From NCBI GenBank assembly GCA_964016885.1, contig OZ024755.1, positions 22,506,001 to 22,570,000 on the forward strand: a stretch of 64,000 nt of DNA. Direction: 5' to 3'. The position numbers and the translations under genes were made by a program. The notes below the pieces were generated by a model. The model was not told the origin of the DNA and did not search any database. It saw only the letters and a program-made list of their open reading frames with translations. Source of the DNA: Eledone cirrhosa (Eukaryota). Shown here piece by piece: positions 51,527 to 62,979 of this stretch; position 1 is the stretch's first letter, and every line of letters starts with the position of its first letter.

Positions 51527-51743
51527 TGGTAACAATGGTGATGATTATGATGATTGTGGCAACGATTGATGGTGATGATGATGATGATGATGATGGTGAC
51601 AATGAGGATGATGATGATGATGATGATATTAGTGATGGTGTTGCTGATGATGATGCTGTTGTTGATGATGATGATGATGATGATGATAATGGTGATGGTG
51701 ATGATGATAGTGGTGATGATGATAATGATGCAGATGATGATGA
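51527..51743. repeat. degenerate (GAT)n microsatellite after an RTE-type tail
   Basis: Source of the spurious poly-Asp/poly-Met ORFs. Confidence 0.9.
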
Positions 51744-52206
51744 TCTGTTCTGTATTTCATCACTTCACCGTGTCGTTATATCCAGAGTTAGTTCCCTTAT
51801 CTTAAGCCACCATTAATATGTTGCTATTTGATGTGGTATTATAAAATAGATCAATATTGATCTATAATTTTTTTAACCTATTATTTAGATTTTTCAAATA
51901 TAGTTTAAATTTTATGACTGGCAGTTATGTCATGTGACTAGCCGATACTTTTAATTTTTTAATTTTTGTTTTTTGTTTGCTTTTTGCTTTTTCTCCACCC
52001 CATAGACACCAGTATTTTTTACCATATATGGTGAACCAGATACAAGAGAAACAGACACTAAATTGTTTCCATAAAATGTTTTTTTATTTTCTTCTTTATA
52101 TCTTCAAGCTCTTTTTTGTGTATTTTATTATTTTGTTTCTTCATTTCTGGATTCAAATAAATACAATACATCTTGTAATTTTGATATGCCTGTACAAAAT
52201 GTAGGA

Positions 52207-52268
<62 letters not shown>

Positions 52269-52464
52269 GATAAATCTACCAAAAGTTTACGGTAGTGTCC
52301 AATCCGTATGAAGAACTCAATGTAATCCGGATATCATGAAAAGAAGAGATGCATTCAAAAATCACTTTCGGTGAAAGATAAACGGAATACAGAGTCAAGA
52401 TAAAATATTAAAAAAATAATGAATAAAACAAAGAAACAGTTCCTTATATTAAGCAAAAAAAGTT

Positions 52465-52495
52465 CATTATTTTACGATCGTTTCTAGGACATATA
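52465..52495 (-). ncRNA. 3' half of a hammerhead (truncated)
   Basis: Minus strand GUCCUA-GAAA-CGAUC-GUA (palindromic helix III); CUGANGA absent. Confidence 0.35.
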
Positions 52496-52939
52496 TGTGT
52501 TAGAATTGGTATGCATATTCAAAAGATCTATGTACAAAATTATACAAACTATCAAGGAGAATATACATACCATCACATATATATATATATTCTGACACTG
52601 CCTATGATTTTCAAATGATTTTTTGAAATAATCAAGAATTTGGAGAGATTTAGTAATGTTATTAACCTTTTTACAATTATTTATCTTTCATTTGGAGCAA
52701 AGGTTCTTACATTAAATTATGATAGACGGTTTTTTGGGGGTGGGGGGTGAGGGGTGGAGGATAAATAAAAAAACATTAAAAAGATTATGACAGGAGCTAG
52801 TTTCATGAAAAAGGTTAAAATGGAGAAAAAAAAATCTAATAGAAAAAAGTCAAATATATCAATGTTATAATTTCAAATGATTAAGTTAAGAGTGATGTAT
52901 TGAATGTAAAACCCTTTCCTCTGACCTACAGATTAAAGT

Positions 52940-52995
52940 AGACTATGTTATACTGATGATATGGAATAGACTGAAACATATGTCCATAACTGTCT
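52940..52995 (+). ncRNA. minimal hammerhead with decayed stem II
   Basis: AGAC..GUUAUa-CUGAUGA (52953)-uauggaauagacu-GAAA-CAUAU-GUC-cAUAAC-u-GUCU. Confidence 0.55.
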
Positions 52996-53168
52996 TTTGT
53001 TCACAAACTAAGATTAAACTGTTCTTTCCTTAAGCATGTAAATTAACTTGAGAAATTAATTCTTGAATTCTTGAAATTATATTCTCTTATGTATGTGTAT
53101 ATATATATATATATATACACACTAACATATCATCATCATCATCATTATTACATCCATTTGATGTGAAA

Positions 53169-53203
<35 letters not shown>

Positions 53204-53208
<5 letters not shown>

Positions 53209-53402
53209 AACGAGTAGGACCCCGACAGCTGAGCTCAAGCCGTTTCGACGGCTAATTCTGGGCTAAGTGTGTTAGTCCAGAATTAGCCGTCGAAAAGGCT
53301 TGAGCTCAACCGTTGGGGTCCTACTCGTTCCTATTACCCACCCTAAGTATTGAGTACTTTGGTGCGTTATGGTCCACCTGGTTCCTTACCACATTTCCTT
53401 TG

Positions 53403-53405
<3 letters not shown>
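53204..53405 (+). mobile_element. fold-back Penelope-like element, family B copy 1 (131 bp palindrome plus tail)
   Basis: 53204-53334 palindromic; tail ccctaagtattgagtactttggtgcg... identical to that of 60945-61140; (TA)n on both sides. Confidence 0.8.
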
Positions 53406-53452
<47 letters not shown>

Positions 53453-53480
53453 TATCAACATCACCATTTTAGATTCACTT

Positions 53481-53727
53481 TCTTGAGCAAGACACTTTAT
53501 TTCATGTTGCTTCAGTTCACTCAGTTGTAGAAATGAGTTGCGACGTCACTGGTACCAAGCGGTATCGGCCATTACCTTTCCCACATCAGTGGCATAGAGA
53601 GGGGAGACTGGTATGTATGGATGACTGCTGATCTTCCACAAACAACCTGGCCTGGGCTTGTGCCTCAGTGGGAAACTTTCTAGGTGCAAATCCCATGGTC
53701 GTTTGTGACCGACAGGAGTCTTTACCG
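53481..53727 (+). mobile_element. 5'-truncated CORE-type SINE (different tail)
   Basis: CORE-like ttgagcaagacactttatttc...cactcagttgtagaaatgag followed by a distinct body. Confidence 0.65.
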
Positions 53728-53909
53728 TATAATGAAAATACATATAACAATGTATAAGTCCTATTTATAATGACTACAATGGCTCTACCATGCTGAAACT
53801 CTATACAGACTTGTGTGTTATACCTTCATGATAATAAAACCACTTATATTTGTGTATCTACATGTCTATATGGAAGAATGGACAGAAAACAGTGATGATG
53901 ATGATGATA

Positions 53910-54215
53910 TCATCATCATCATCATCATCGTTTAACGTCCATATTCCACGCTTGCATGGGTTTGGACGGGAGTTTTCCCACTTGAGGCAAGAGTGGTTGT
54001 CTTGCTCGCATAGGACTGTCTGGCGGGTTTTCTACGGCTGGATGCCCTTCCTAACACCAACCACATTTACAGTGTGGAACTGGGAGGTTTTTACCGTGTT
54101 ACCTACACGGCCACATTACAGCGTGGACTGTGTTTTTTTTGTCGTGACACCTACACGACCTCATTAGTTTGGACTGGATGTTGTGGTACCAACATAACTT
54201 TACATTGAAAGGGGC
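53910..54215 (-). mobile_element. RTE-tailed non-autonomous retroelement
   Basis: Reverse homolog of 12895-13298. Confidence 0.75.
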
Positions 54216-54252
54216 GGTATATATATATCAGTTCTAGTCCTGTAGAAGCCTT

Positions 54253-54307
<55 letters not shown>

Positions 54308-54471
54308 TATACATATATATACATATATATATATAATCATCATCACCATTTTACGTCCATTCTTCCACGATAGCATGGGTTAGACAAGTTGTCCTGTTAT
54401 GGGCAATGCTAGGTCAAGTGACCATGCTTTGCTTATACAGAACGGATTTTGGCTTGATTTCTACAACTGGA

Positions 54472-57400
54472 TCATCATCATCATCGTTTTATGTCCATTC
54501 TTCCATGCTAGCATGGGTTAGATGGGTTGACCATGTTTTGCCCATACGGGAACTGATTTTGGCTTGATTTCTACAGCTGGATGCCCTTCCTAACACCAGC
54601 CTCATTTACAGTGAGTGCTGGGTGCTTTTTTGACCGTGGCACCTACATGACCACTTTACAGTGTGGGCTGGGTGCTTTTTTACCATGGGGCCTACACGAC
54701 CACTTTACAATGTGGAGCCAACCTCATTTACAGTTAGTACTGTCGTGATCCTCCACAACCACTTTACAGTGTGGACTGGGTGCTTTTTGTTGTGATACCT
54801 CCATGACCACTTTACAGTGTGGACTGAGTGCTTTTTGTTGTGATACCTCCATGACCACTTTACAGTGTGGACTGAGTGCTTTTTGTTGTGATACCTCCAT
54901 GATCACTTTACAGTGTGGACAGTGCTTTTTGTTGTGATACCTCCATGACCACTTTACAGTGTGGACTGGGTGCTTTTTGTTGTGATACCTCCATGATCAC
55001 TTTACAGTGTGGACCGGGTGCTTTTTGTTGTGATACCTCCATGATCACTTTACAGTGTGGACTGAGTGCTTTTTGTTGTGATACCTCCATGATCACTTTA
55101 CAGTGTGGACTGAGTGCTTTTTGTTGTGATACCTCCATGACCACTTTACAGTGTGGGCTGAGTGCTTTTTGTTGTGATACCTCCATGACCACTTTACAGT
55201 GTGGACAGTGCTTTTTGTTGTGATACCTCCATGACCACTTTACAGTGTGGACTGGATGCTTTTTATTGTGATACCTCCATGACCACTTTACAGTGTGGAC
55301 TGAGTGCTTTTTGTTGTGATACCTCCATGACCACTTTACAGTGTGGACTGGATGCTTTTTATTGTGATACCTCCATGACCACTTTACAGTGTGGACTGAG
55401 TGCTTTTTGTTGTGATACCTCCATGATCACTTTACAGTGTGGACTGGATGCTTTTTATTGTGATACCTCCATGACCACTTTACAGTGTGGACTGAGTGCT
55501 TTTTGTTGTGATACCTCCATGACCACTTTACAGTGTGGACAGTGCTTTTTGTTGTGATACCTCCATGACCACTTTACAGTGTGGACTGAGTGCTTTTTGT
55601 TGTGATACCTCCATGACCACTTTACAGTGTGGACAGTGCTTTTTGTTGTGATACCTCCATGACCACTTTACAGTGTGGACTGAGTGCTTTTTGTTGTGAT
55701 ACCTCCATGACAACTTTACAGTGTGTGCTGGATGCTTTTTGTTGTGATACCTCCATGACCACTTTACAGTGTGGGCTGGATGCTTTTTGTTGTGATACCT
55801 CCATGATCACTTTACAGTGTGGACTGAGTGCTTTTTGTTGTGATACCTCCATGATCACTTTACAGTGTGGGCTGAGTGCTTTTTGTTGTGATACCTCCAT
55901 GATCACTTTACAGTGTGGACAGTGCTTTTTGTTGTGATACCTCCATGATCACTTTACAGTGTGGGCTGAGTGCTTTTTGTTGTGATACCTCCATGATCAC
56001 TTTACAGTGTGGACAGTGCTTTTTGTTGTGATACCTCCATGATCACTTTACAGTGTGGACTGAGTGCTTTTTGTTGTGATACCTCCATGATCACTTTACA
56101 GTGTGGACAGTGCTTTTTGTTGTGATACCTCCATGATCACTTTACAGTGTGGACTGGGTGCTTTTTGTTGTGATACCTCCATGATCACTTTACAGTGTGG
56201 ACTGAGTGCTTTTTGTTGTGATACCTCCATGACAACTTTACAGTGTGTGCTGGATGCTTTTTGTTGTGATACCTCCATGATCACTTTACAGTGTGGACTG
56301 GGTGCTTTTTGTTGTGATACCTCCATGATCACTTTACAGTGTGGACTGAGTGCTTTTTGTTGTGATACCTCCATGACCACTTTACAGTGTGGACCGGGTG
56401 CTTTTTGTTGTGATACCTCCATGACCACTTTACAGTGTGGACAGTGCTTTTTGTTGTGATACCTCCATGACCACTTTACAGTGTGGACTGAGTGCTTTTT
56501 GTTGTGATACCTCCATGACCACTTTACAGTGTGGACTGAGTGCTTTTTGTTGTGATACCTCCATGACCACTTTACAGTGTGGACTGGGTGCTTTTTGTTG
56601 TGATACCTCCATGACCACTTTACAGTGTGGACTGGGTGCTTTTTGTTGTGATACCTCCATGACCACTTTACAGTGTGGACTGGGTGCTTTTTGTTGTGAT
56701 ACCTCCATGATCACTTTACAGTGTGGACAGTGCTTTTTGTTGTGATACCTCCATGACCACTTTACAGTGTGGACAGTGCTTTTTGTTGTGATACCTCCAT
56801 GATCACTTTACAGTGTGGACTGAGTGCTTTTTGTTGTGATACCTCCATGATCACTTTACAGTGTGGACCGGGTGCTTTTTGTTGTGATACCTCCATGATC
56901 ACTTTACAGTGTGGACTGAGTGCTTTTTGTTGTGATACCTCCATGATCACTTTACAGTGTGGACCGGGTGCTTTTTGTTGTGATACCTCCATGACCACTT
57001 TACAGTGTGGACAGTGCTTTTTGTTGTGATACCTCCATGATCACTTTACAGTGTGGGCTGGATGCTTTTTGTTGTGATACCTCCATGATCACTTTACAGT
57101 GTGGATTGAGTGCTTTTTGTTGTGATACCTCCATGATCACTTTACAGTGTGGGCTGAGTGCTTTTTGTTGTGATACCTCCATGACCACTTTACAGTGTGG
57201 ACTGAGTGCTTTTTGTTGTGATACCTCCATGATCACTTTACAGTGTGGACAGTGCTTTTTGTTGTGATACCTCCATGATCACTTTACAGTGTGGGCTGGA
57301 TGCTTTTTGTTGTGATACCTCCATGATCACTTTACAGTGTGGACAGTGCTTTTTGTTGTGATACCTCCATGATCACTTTACAGTGTGGGCTGGATGCTTT

Positions 57401-57935
57401 TTGTTGTGATACCTCCATGATCACTTTACAGTGTGGATTGAGTGCTTTTTGTTGTGATACCTCCATGATCACTTTACAGTGTGGGCTGAGTGCTTTTTGT
57501 TGTGATACCTCCATGACCACTTTACAGTGTGGACAGTGCTTTTTGTTGTGATACCTCCATGACCACTTTACAGTGTGGACTGAGTGCTTTTTGTTGTGAT
57601 ACCTCCATGATCACTTTACAGTGTGGGCTGAGTGCTTTTTGTTGTGATACCTCCATGATCACTTTACAGTGTGGGCTGAGTGCTTTTTGTTGTCATATTT
57701 ACATGACCCCTATACAATTGAAGGATGGTGTGGGTGCTGGTGGGGCAGGGCATATTGTATATATGCTTCAGTTTCAGCCTGTACCCATGGGAAGTCAGGT
57801 CTTCTGTATTACTGCATAATGCCAGATATCTCGGCCCTGTGTCATCCCCTTTGAGAGGTGCAATTGGGCAAGGTCAGCCTTTGTCACCTCATCCCAAGTC
57901 TTCCTAGGTCTTCCCACTCCAAGGCTTCCATCAAC

Positions 57936-57937
<2 letters not shown>
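54472..57937 (-). mobile_element. 5'-truncated RTE LINE whose 3'UTR contains an expanded 48 bp array
   Basis: 57795-57937 encodes GRPRKTWDEVTKADL...RDIWHYAV; 3'UTR homologous to 24702-25110; (gat)n tail at ~54475. Confidence 0.8.
54759..57693. repeat. 48/46 bp minisatellite, ~60 copies
   Basis: Unit ccactttacagtgtggactgagtgctttttgttgtgatacctccatga with a recurrent 2 bp-deleted variant (gtggacagtgc). Confidence 0.97.
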
Positions 57938-57994
<57 letters not shown>

Positions 57995-58624
57995 CTACAT
58001 TCATGTATATAAACATATTTATTATAATACATCCATATTCACATATATAATTATATTTTTAGTTTTGTTTATTTCAATAAAATCACTAGAATCTATATTT
58101 ATATTATACTTATTGGAAATGTTTAAAAAAAAAAAATAGTTGAAACAAAACAGTAAATTTAATCATAAGTTAAATTTAAACATCGAGATACTAATTTTAA
58201 TTATGAAAATGTCAGTTTTGTTTAATTCGTCATAGGTTTTCTGGGGAAGTGTTTATTTTATTTTATTTTATTTTATTTTATTTTATTTTATTTTATTTTA
58301 TTTTATTCTATTCTATTTTATTTTATTTTATCCTCCTCATTTTATCCTTCCTTTATCTGCTGCAAATAGTTGTAAATATCTAAATAGTTATAACCTAAAC
58401 AAAATTAAACAAGTTGATGTTGTCTTGTTCATTTTCCTCCTCATCTCTTCCTCAACATTTTGTTGATATTTAGACAACTTGACATGTCTGTCATGCAGTA
58501 AGTAGAGTTAAGCTCCTGGTGATCCTTAAATCTGTGTGATCTGGCATCAACCCTAATTTCTTCATGTTTTCACCTTCACTCTTGTCATATGTAGGAACAC
58601 TGCTACTTCTCATGTCTCCATCTT

Positions 58625-59635
58625 TTCTCACTACCTCTCATATCTTCCTCTCCTCCCACTACCTCTCATATATTCCTCTCCTCTCACTACCTCTCATGAG
58701 TCCTCTTCCCCCTCTACCTCTCATATCTTCCTCTCCTCTCACTACCTCTCATATCTACTTCTCCTCTCACTACTTCTCATATCTTCCTCCTCTACCTCTC
58801 ATATCTTCCTCTCCTCTCACTACCTCTCATATCTACTTATCCTTTCTCTACCTCTCATATCTTCCCCTTCTCCCACTACCTCTCATATCTTCCGCTTCTC
58901 CCACTACCTCTCATGTCTACCTCTCATGTCTACCTCTCCTCTCACTACCTCTCATGTCTTCCTCTTCTCCCACTACCTCTCATATCTTCCGCTTCTCCCA
59001 CTACCTCTCATGTCTACCTCTTCTCTCTCTACCTCTCATGTCTACCTCTTCTCCCACTACCTCTCATGTCTACCTCTTCTCTCTTTACCTCTCATGTCTA
59101 CCTCTTCTCTCTCTACCTCTCATGTTTACCTCTTCTCTCTTTACCTCTCATGTCTACCTCTTCTCTCACTACCTCTCTTCTCTCTCTACCTCTCATGTCT
59201 ACCTCTTCTCTCACTACCTCTCATGTCTACCTCTTCTCCCACTACCTCTCATGTCTACCTCTTCTCTCACTACCTCTCATGTCTACCTCTTCTCTCACTA
59301 CCTCTCATGTCTACCTCTTCTCTCACTACCTCTCATGTCTACCTCTTCTCCCACTACCTCTCATGTCTACCTCTTCTCTCTCTACCTCTCATGTCTACCT
59401 CTTCTCTCTCTACCTCTCATGTCTACCTCTTCTCCCACTACCTCTCATGTCTACCTCTTCTCTCACTACCTCTCATGTCTACCTCTTCTCTCTCTACCTC
59501 TCATGTCTACCTCTTCTCTCTCTACCTCTCATGTCTACCTCTTCTCCCACTACCTCTCATGTCTATCTCTTCTCTCTCTACCTCTCATGTCTATCTCTTC
59601 CCTCTCTACCTCTCATGTCTACCTCTTCTCTCTCT
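58625..59635. repeat. CT-rich ~28 bp minisatellite
   Basis: ctacctctcatgtctacctcttctc(t/c)c(a/t) repeated; source of spurious S/L/P ORFs in three frames. Confidence 0.93.
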
Positions 59636-60373
59636 AAATGTTTGTCTTTATGAAATCAGTATCTGTAAATTGATAATCTTGTATTTACCAACAACGAAAA
59701 GAATGAGTTTTTTTCTCTTATTTATTTTCAATTATTAAAAGTTGAGTAAAAACAAATCTTTTTTTATGGAATGTTTGAGTGAATATTAATTAAAAAGGAA
59801 CATGAAAAACAAAATATTAAAAAAAACTAAGCATATATATATCAATCTACTCTGATAATCTAAGCCATCAACAAACTGAGAATGAGTCAATGAAGAAGAC
59901 TTTAATTGGTAGTTTAATATTCTAAAAATAGTAGCCAAATCCCCCTCAATTTACACCTCACAGTTTTAAATAAGGAAAAGATGCATTAGACAATGTATTC
60001 CAACATGAGCCCCAAAAAGACAAAATGTGGTCCTAGCTGGAATATTAGATCAAAGTTGACTAAGGGTGATGAGGGGCTGGTCTAAACCAAACACCAACCA
60101 TCAATAGATATATATTGACCAACAGAATCACATGATTGCTATTGATTGTTAGATCCTTAACATAGACCTGTCTCTTCGGTGTGATAAATTGAACTCAATG
60201 TTAGATTCATTAAATAAGCAATTATATCTCCCAAAAATGTTTATTAGACTTAATCCTATTCAACTTTTCAATCTTAAAGAGAAAATATCTTATTTAACTA
60301 AACATTGAGAACCTCTCTCTCTGTCTCTCTCTCTCTCTCTCTCACTCTTGCTCTTTCTGTTTATATGTGCTTC

Positions 60374-60421
<48 letters not shown>

Positions 60422-60422
<1 letters not shown>

Positions 60423-60690
60423 CTATATGTGTCTGATGGTAGCTAAGATGCTTCCATAGGCGGTATGCCGGTTGAGCAGTCTATGCTCTGACAGAGCAGA
60501 GAATGATAGAATAGAAAACGAAAAATCAGTGATGCATCTGAACTCAATTTGTTGTGTGTTACAATCTGCGGGTCCAGAATCAGACAGATCCACACAATGA
60601 TCGCGTCCCAAGTCATTCACCGGGGAAACAATTGTAACACACAATAAATTGAGTTCAGATGCATCACTGATTTTTCGTTTTCTATTCTAT
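60422..60690 (-). mobile_element. fold-back element (60 bp arms, ~65 nt loop, tail on left) with a partial hammerhead
   Basis: 60506-60565 vs 60631-60690 inverted; GAAA-CAAUU-GUA at 60625; (TA)n flanks. Confidence 0.7.
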
Positions 60691-60693
60691 ATA

Positions 60694-60747
<54 letters not shown>

Positions 60748-60762
60748 TATATAGATAGATAC

Positions 60763-60797
<35 letters not shown>

Positions 60798-60834
60798 TAT
60801 ATAGATAGATACAGATATATATATAGATAGATAC

Positions 60835-60869
<35 letters not shown>

Positions 60870-60892
60870 TAGATAGATAGATAGATAGATAC

Positions 60893-60944
<52 letters not shown>

Positions 60945-60949
<5 letters not shown>

Positions 60950-61140
60950 AACAAGTAAGACCCCGACGGCTGAGCTCAAGCCGTTTCGACGGCTAATTCA
61001 GTCCAGAATTAACCGTCAAAACGGCTTGAGCTCAGCCGTCGGGGTCTTACTTGTTCCTATTACTCACTCTACTACCCTAAGTATTGAGTACTTTGGTGCG
61101 TTATGGTCCACCTGGTTCCTTACCACATTTCCTTTGTTAT
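60945..61140 (+). mobile_element. fold-back Penelope-like element, family B copy 2
   Basis: 60945-61060 palindromic and homologous to 53204-53405. Confidence 0.8.
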
Positions 61141-61236
61141 ATATATATATAGATATACAGATATATATACAGATATATATACAGATATATATATATAGAT
61201 AGATAGATACAGATATATATATATAGATATAGATAC

Positions 61237-61424
61237 GTAGGTCCCGGGTTGAGTCGGGGATAACCACAGTAAGTAAGGTACTCAATACATGGCAGAGTAA
61301 AATTTTTTTATTTTATAGAAGGAGCTTCTACAGCACTAGTACTGTTTCATTCAGATGAAATCTTCAGGAAGATTTCATCTGAATGAAACAGTACTAGTCC
61401 TGTAGAAGCTCCTTCTATAAAATA
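61237..61424 (-). mobile_element. fold-back Penelope-like element, family A (116 bp palindrome plus left tail)
   Basis: 61309-61424 palindromic; minus strand CUGAAGA-UUUCAUCUGAAU-GAAA-CAGUACUA-GUG. Confidence 0.78.
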
Positions 61425-61630
61425 TATAGATATAGATATATAGATAGATATAGATATACAGATATATATATATATATAGATATACAGATATATATAGAGA
61501 TAGATATAGATATACAGATATATATATAGATAGATAGATATATACATATCTAGAGAGAGATGTATATATGTGTATATATATATGTATATACACAATAGAA
61601 AATTGCCAACTTGACTGTCACCACTGAATA

Positions 61631-61669
61631 TGAACCGGAAGATTGCGAAAGCATGAAAGTACTTGTTCA
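61631..61669 (+). ncRNA. minimal hammerhead, variant core CGGAAGA
   Basis: UGAAC-CGGAAGA-uUGC gaaa GCAu-GAAA-GUAC-UU-GUUCA; perfect helix I and palindromic helix III; lies inside imperfect ~20 bp inverted repeats (61594-61775). Confidence 0.6.
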
Positions 61670-61779
61670 ATTAATATTTAATATTCTACCATGCTATTTC
61701 ATTATAATATCATTATAATTTTAAAGGATTGTAAATAAAACGAATAAATCAGACAAAGTTGGAATTCCTTTTATTAATA

Positions 61780-61808
61780 TATGTAGATATATATATGTAT
61801 ATACATGT

Positions 61809-61883
<75 letters not shown>

Positions 61884-61973
61884 TATATAGAGAGATATGT
61901 ATATATGTATATATATATATATGTGTGTGTGTTGGAATTCCTTTTATTAATATATGTAGATATATATATGTAT

Positions 61974-62036
<63 letters not shown>

Positions 62037-62172
62037 TATATACACATATATATATAGAGAGATATGTATATATGTATATATATATATGTGTGTGTGTGTA
62101 GATATATATATATATGTGTAGATTTATATATAAATGTAGATATATATATGTATATAGATATAGACATATATG

Positions 62173-62205
<33 letters not shown>

Positions 62206-62521
62206 AGATATATATATATATATGTGTGTAGATATATATATATGTATATAGATATAGACATATATGTATATATATATATATAGACATATATGTATATATA
62301 TATAGACATATATGTATATATATGTGTGTAGATATATATATATATGTAGATAGATATATATGCATATAGATATAGACATATATGTATATATATAGATATA
62401 TAGATACATATATATATATGTATAGACATAGATATATAGATACATATATATGTATATATATAGATATATAGATACATATATATATATGTATAGACATAGA
62501 TATATAGATACATATATATAT

Positions 62522-62571
<50 letters not shown>

Positions 62572-62585
62572 TAAATATTGATATA

Positions 62586-62625
<40 letters not shown>

Positions 62626-62656
62626 TAGATATTGATATATATTTATATATAGATAT

Positions 62657-62722
<66 letters not shown>
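61780..62722. repeat. compound (TA)/(TAGA)/(TG) microsatellite
   Basis: Source of the 403 aa and 347 aa Ile/Tyr ORFs. Confidence 0.95.
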
Positions 62723-62724
<2 letters not shown>

Positions 62725-62725
<1 letters not shown>

Positions 62726-62960
62726 GTATGGAGCAAGGGGGAGGAGAAATTGAAACTTGCCTCCGAGGAAAGGTGTGCTCGAAAAAAGAACTTCACTGTA
62801 GCACTGGAGGTGAGCATCTACAAGTGCAGTCACTGTATACAAGACTGCCACTCCCATGTGGGCCTCTACAGTCACAGCACACACTGCACCACCATCAGCA
62901 GCTAACATAAATTTCTCCAGGCGCAGATCCATTGTCTTTCGCGATCAATGGTTGCCTATA
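62725..62960 (+). pseudogene. RTE/BovB-like LINE 3' end
   Basis: Alternate frame reads ...[23 protein letters not shown] (C-terminal CxxC...H zinc motif), followed by the ccattgtctttcgcgatcaatggttgcc terminus. Confidence 0.75.
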
Positions 62961-62979
62961 ATGTTAATAATAATAATTA

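Noticed and set aside
51499-51816. Acidic poly-Asp ORF resembling a biomineral protein
   Set aside because: A degenerate (GAT)n run extending from an RTE-type tail; no splice or domain support.
32513-53334. General ADAR (A-to-G) signature across all hairpins
   Set aside because: Only the 50.9 kb element shows a G-U bias; the 32.5 and 53.2 kb arms show A-C or mixed mismatches.
54724-57819. Cys-rich repeat ORFs (MDSAFCCDTS...) or a CRISPR-like array
   Set aside because: Contiguous tandem units with no unique spacers; 46 bp variants keep breaking the frame; the array lies in a LINE 3'UTR in a eukaryotic context.
58564-59738. Three overlapping Ser/Leu/Pro-rich ORFs
   Set aside because: A G-poor minisatellite that lacks stop codons by composition.
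61721-62932. 403 aa and 347 aa Ile/Tyr ORFs (and similar ORFs at 13.5, 23-26 and 38-39 kb)
   Set aside because: Translations of TA/CA microsatellites.
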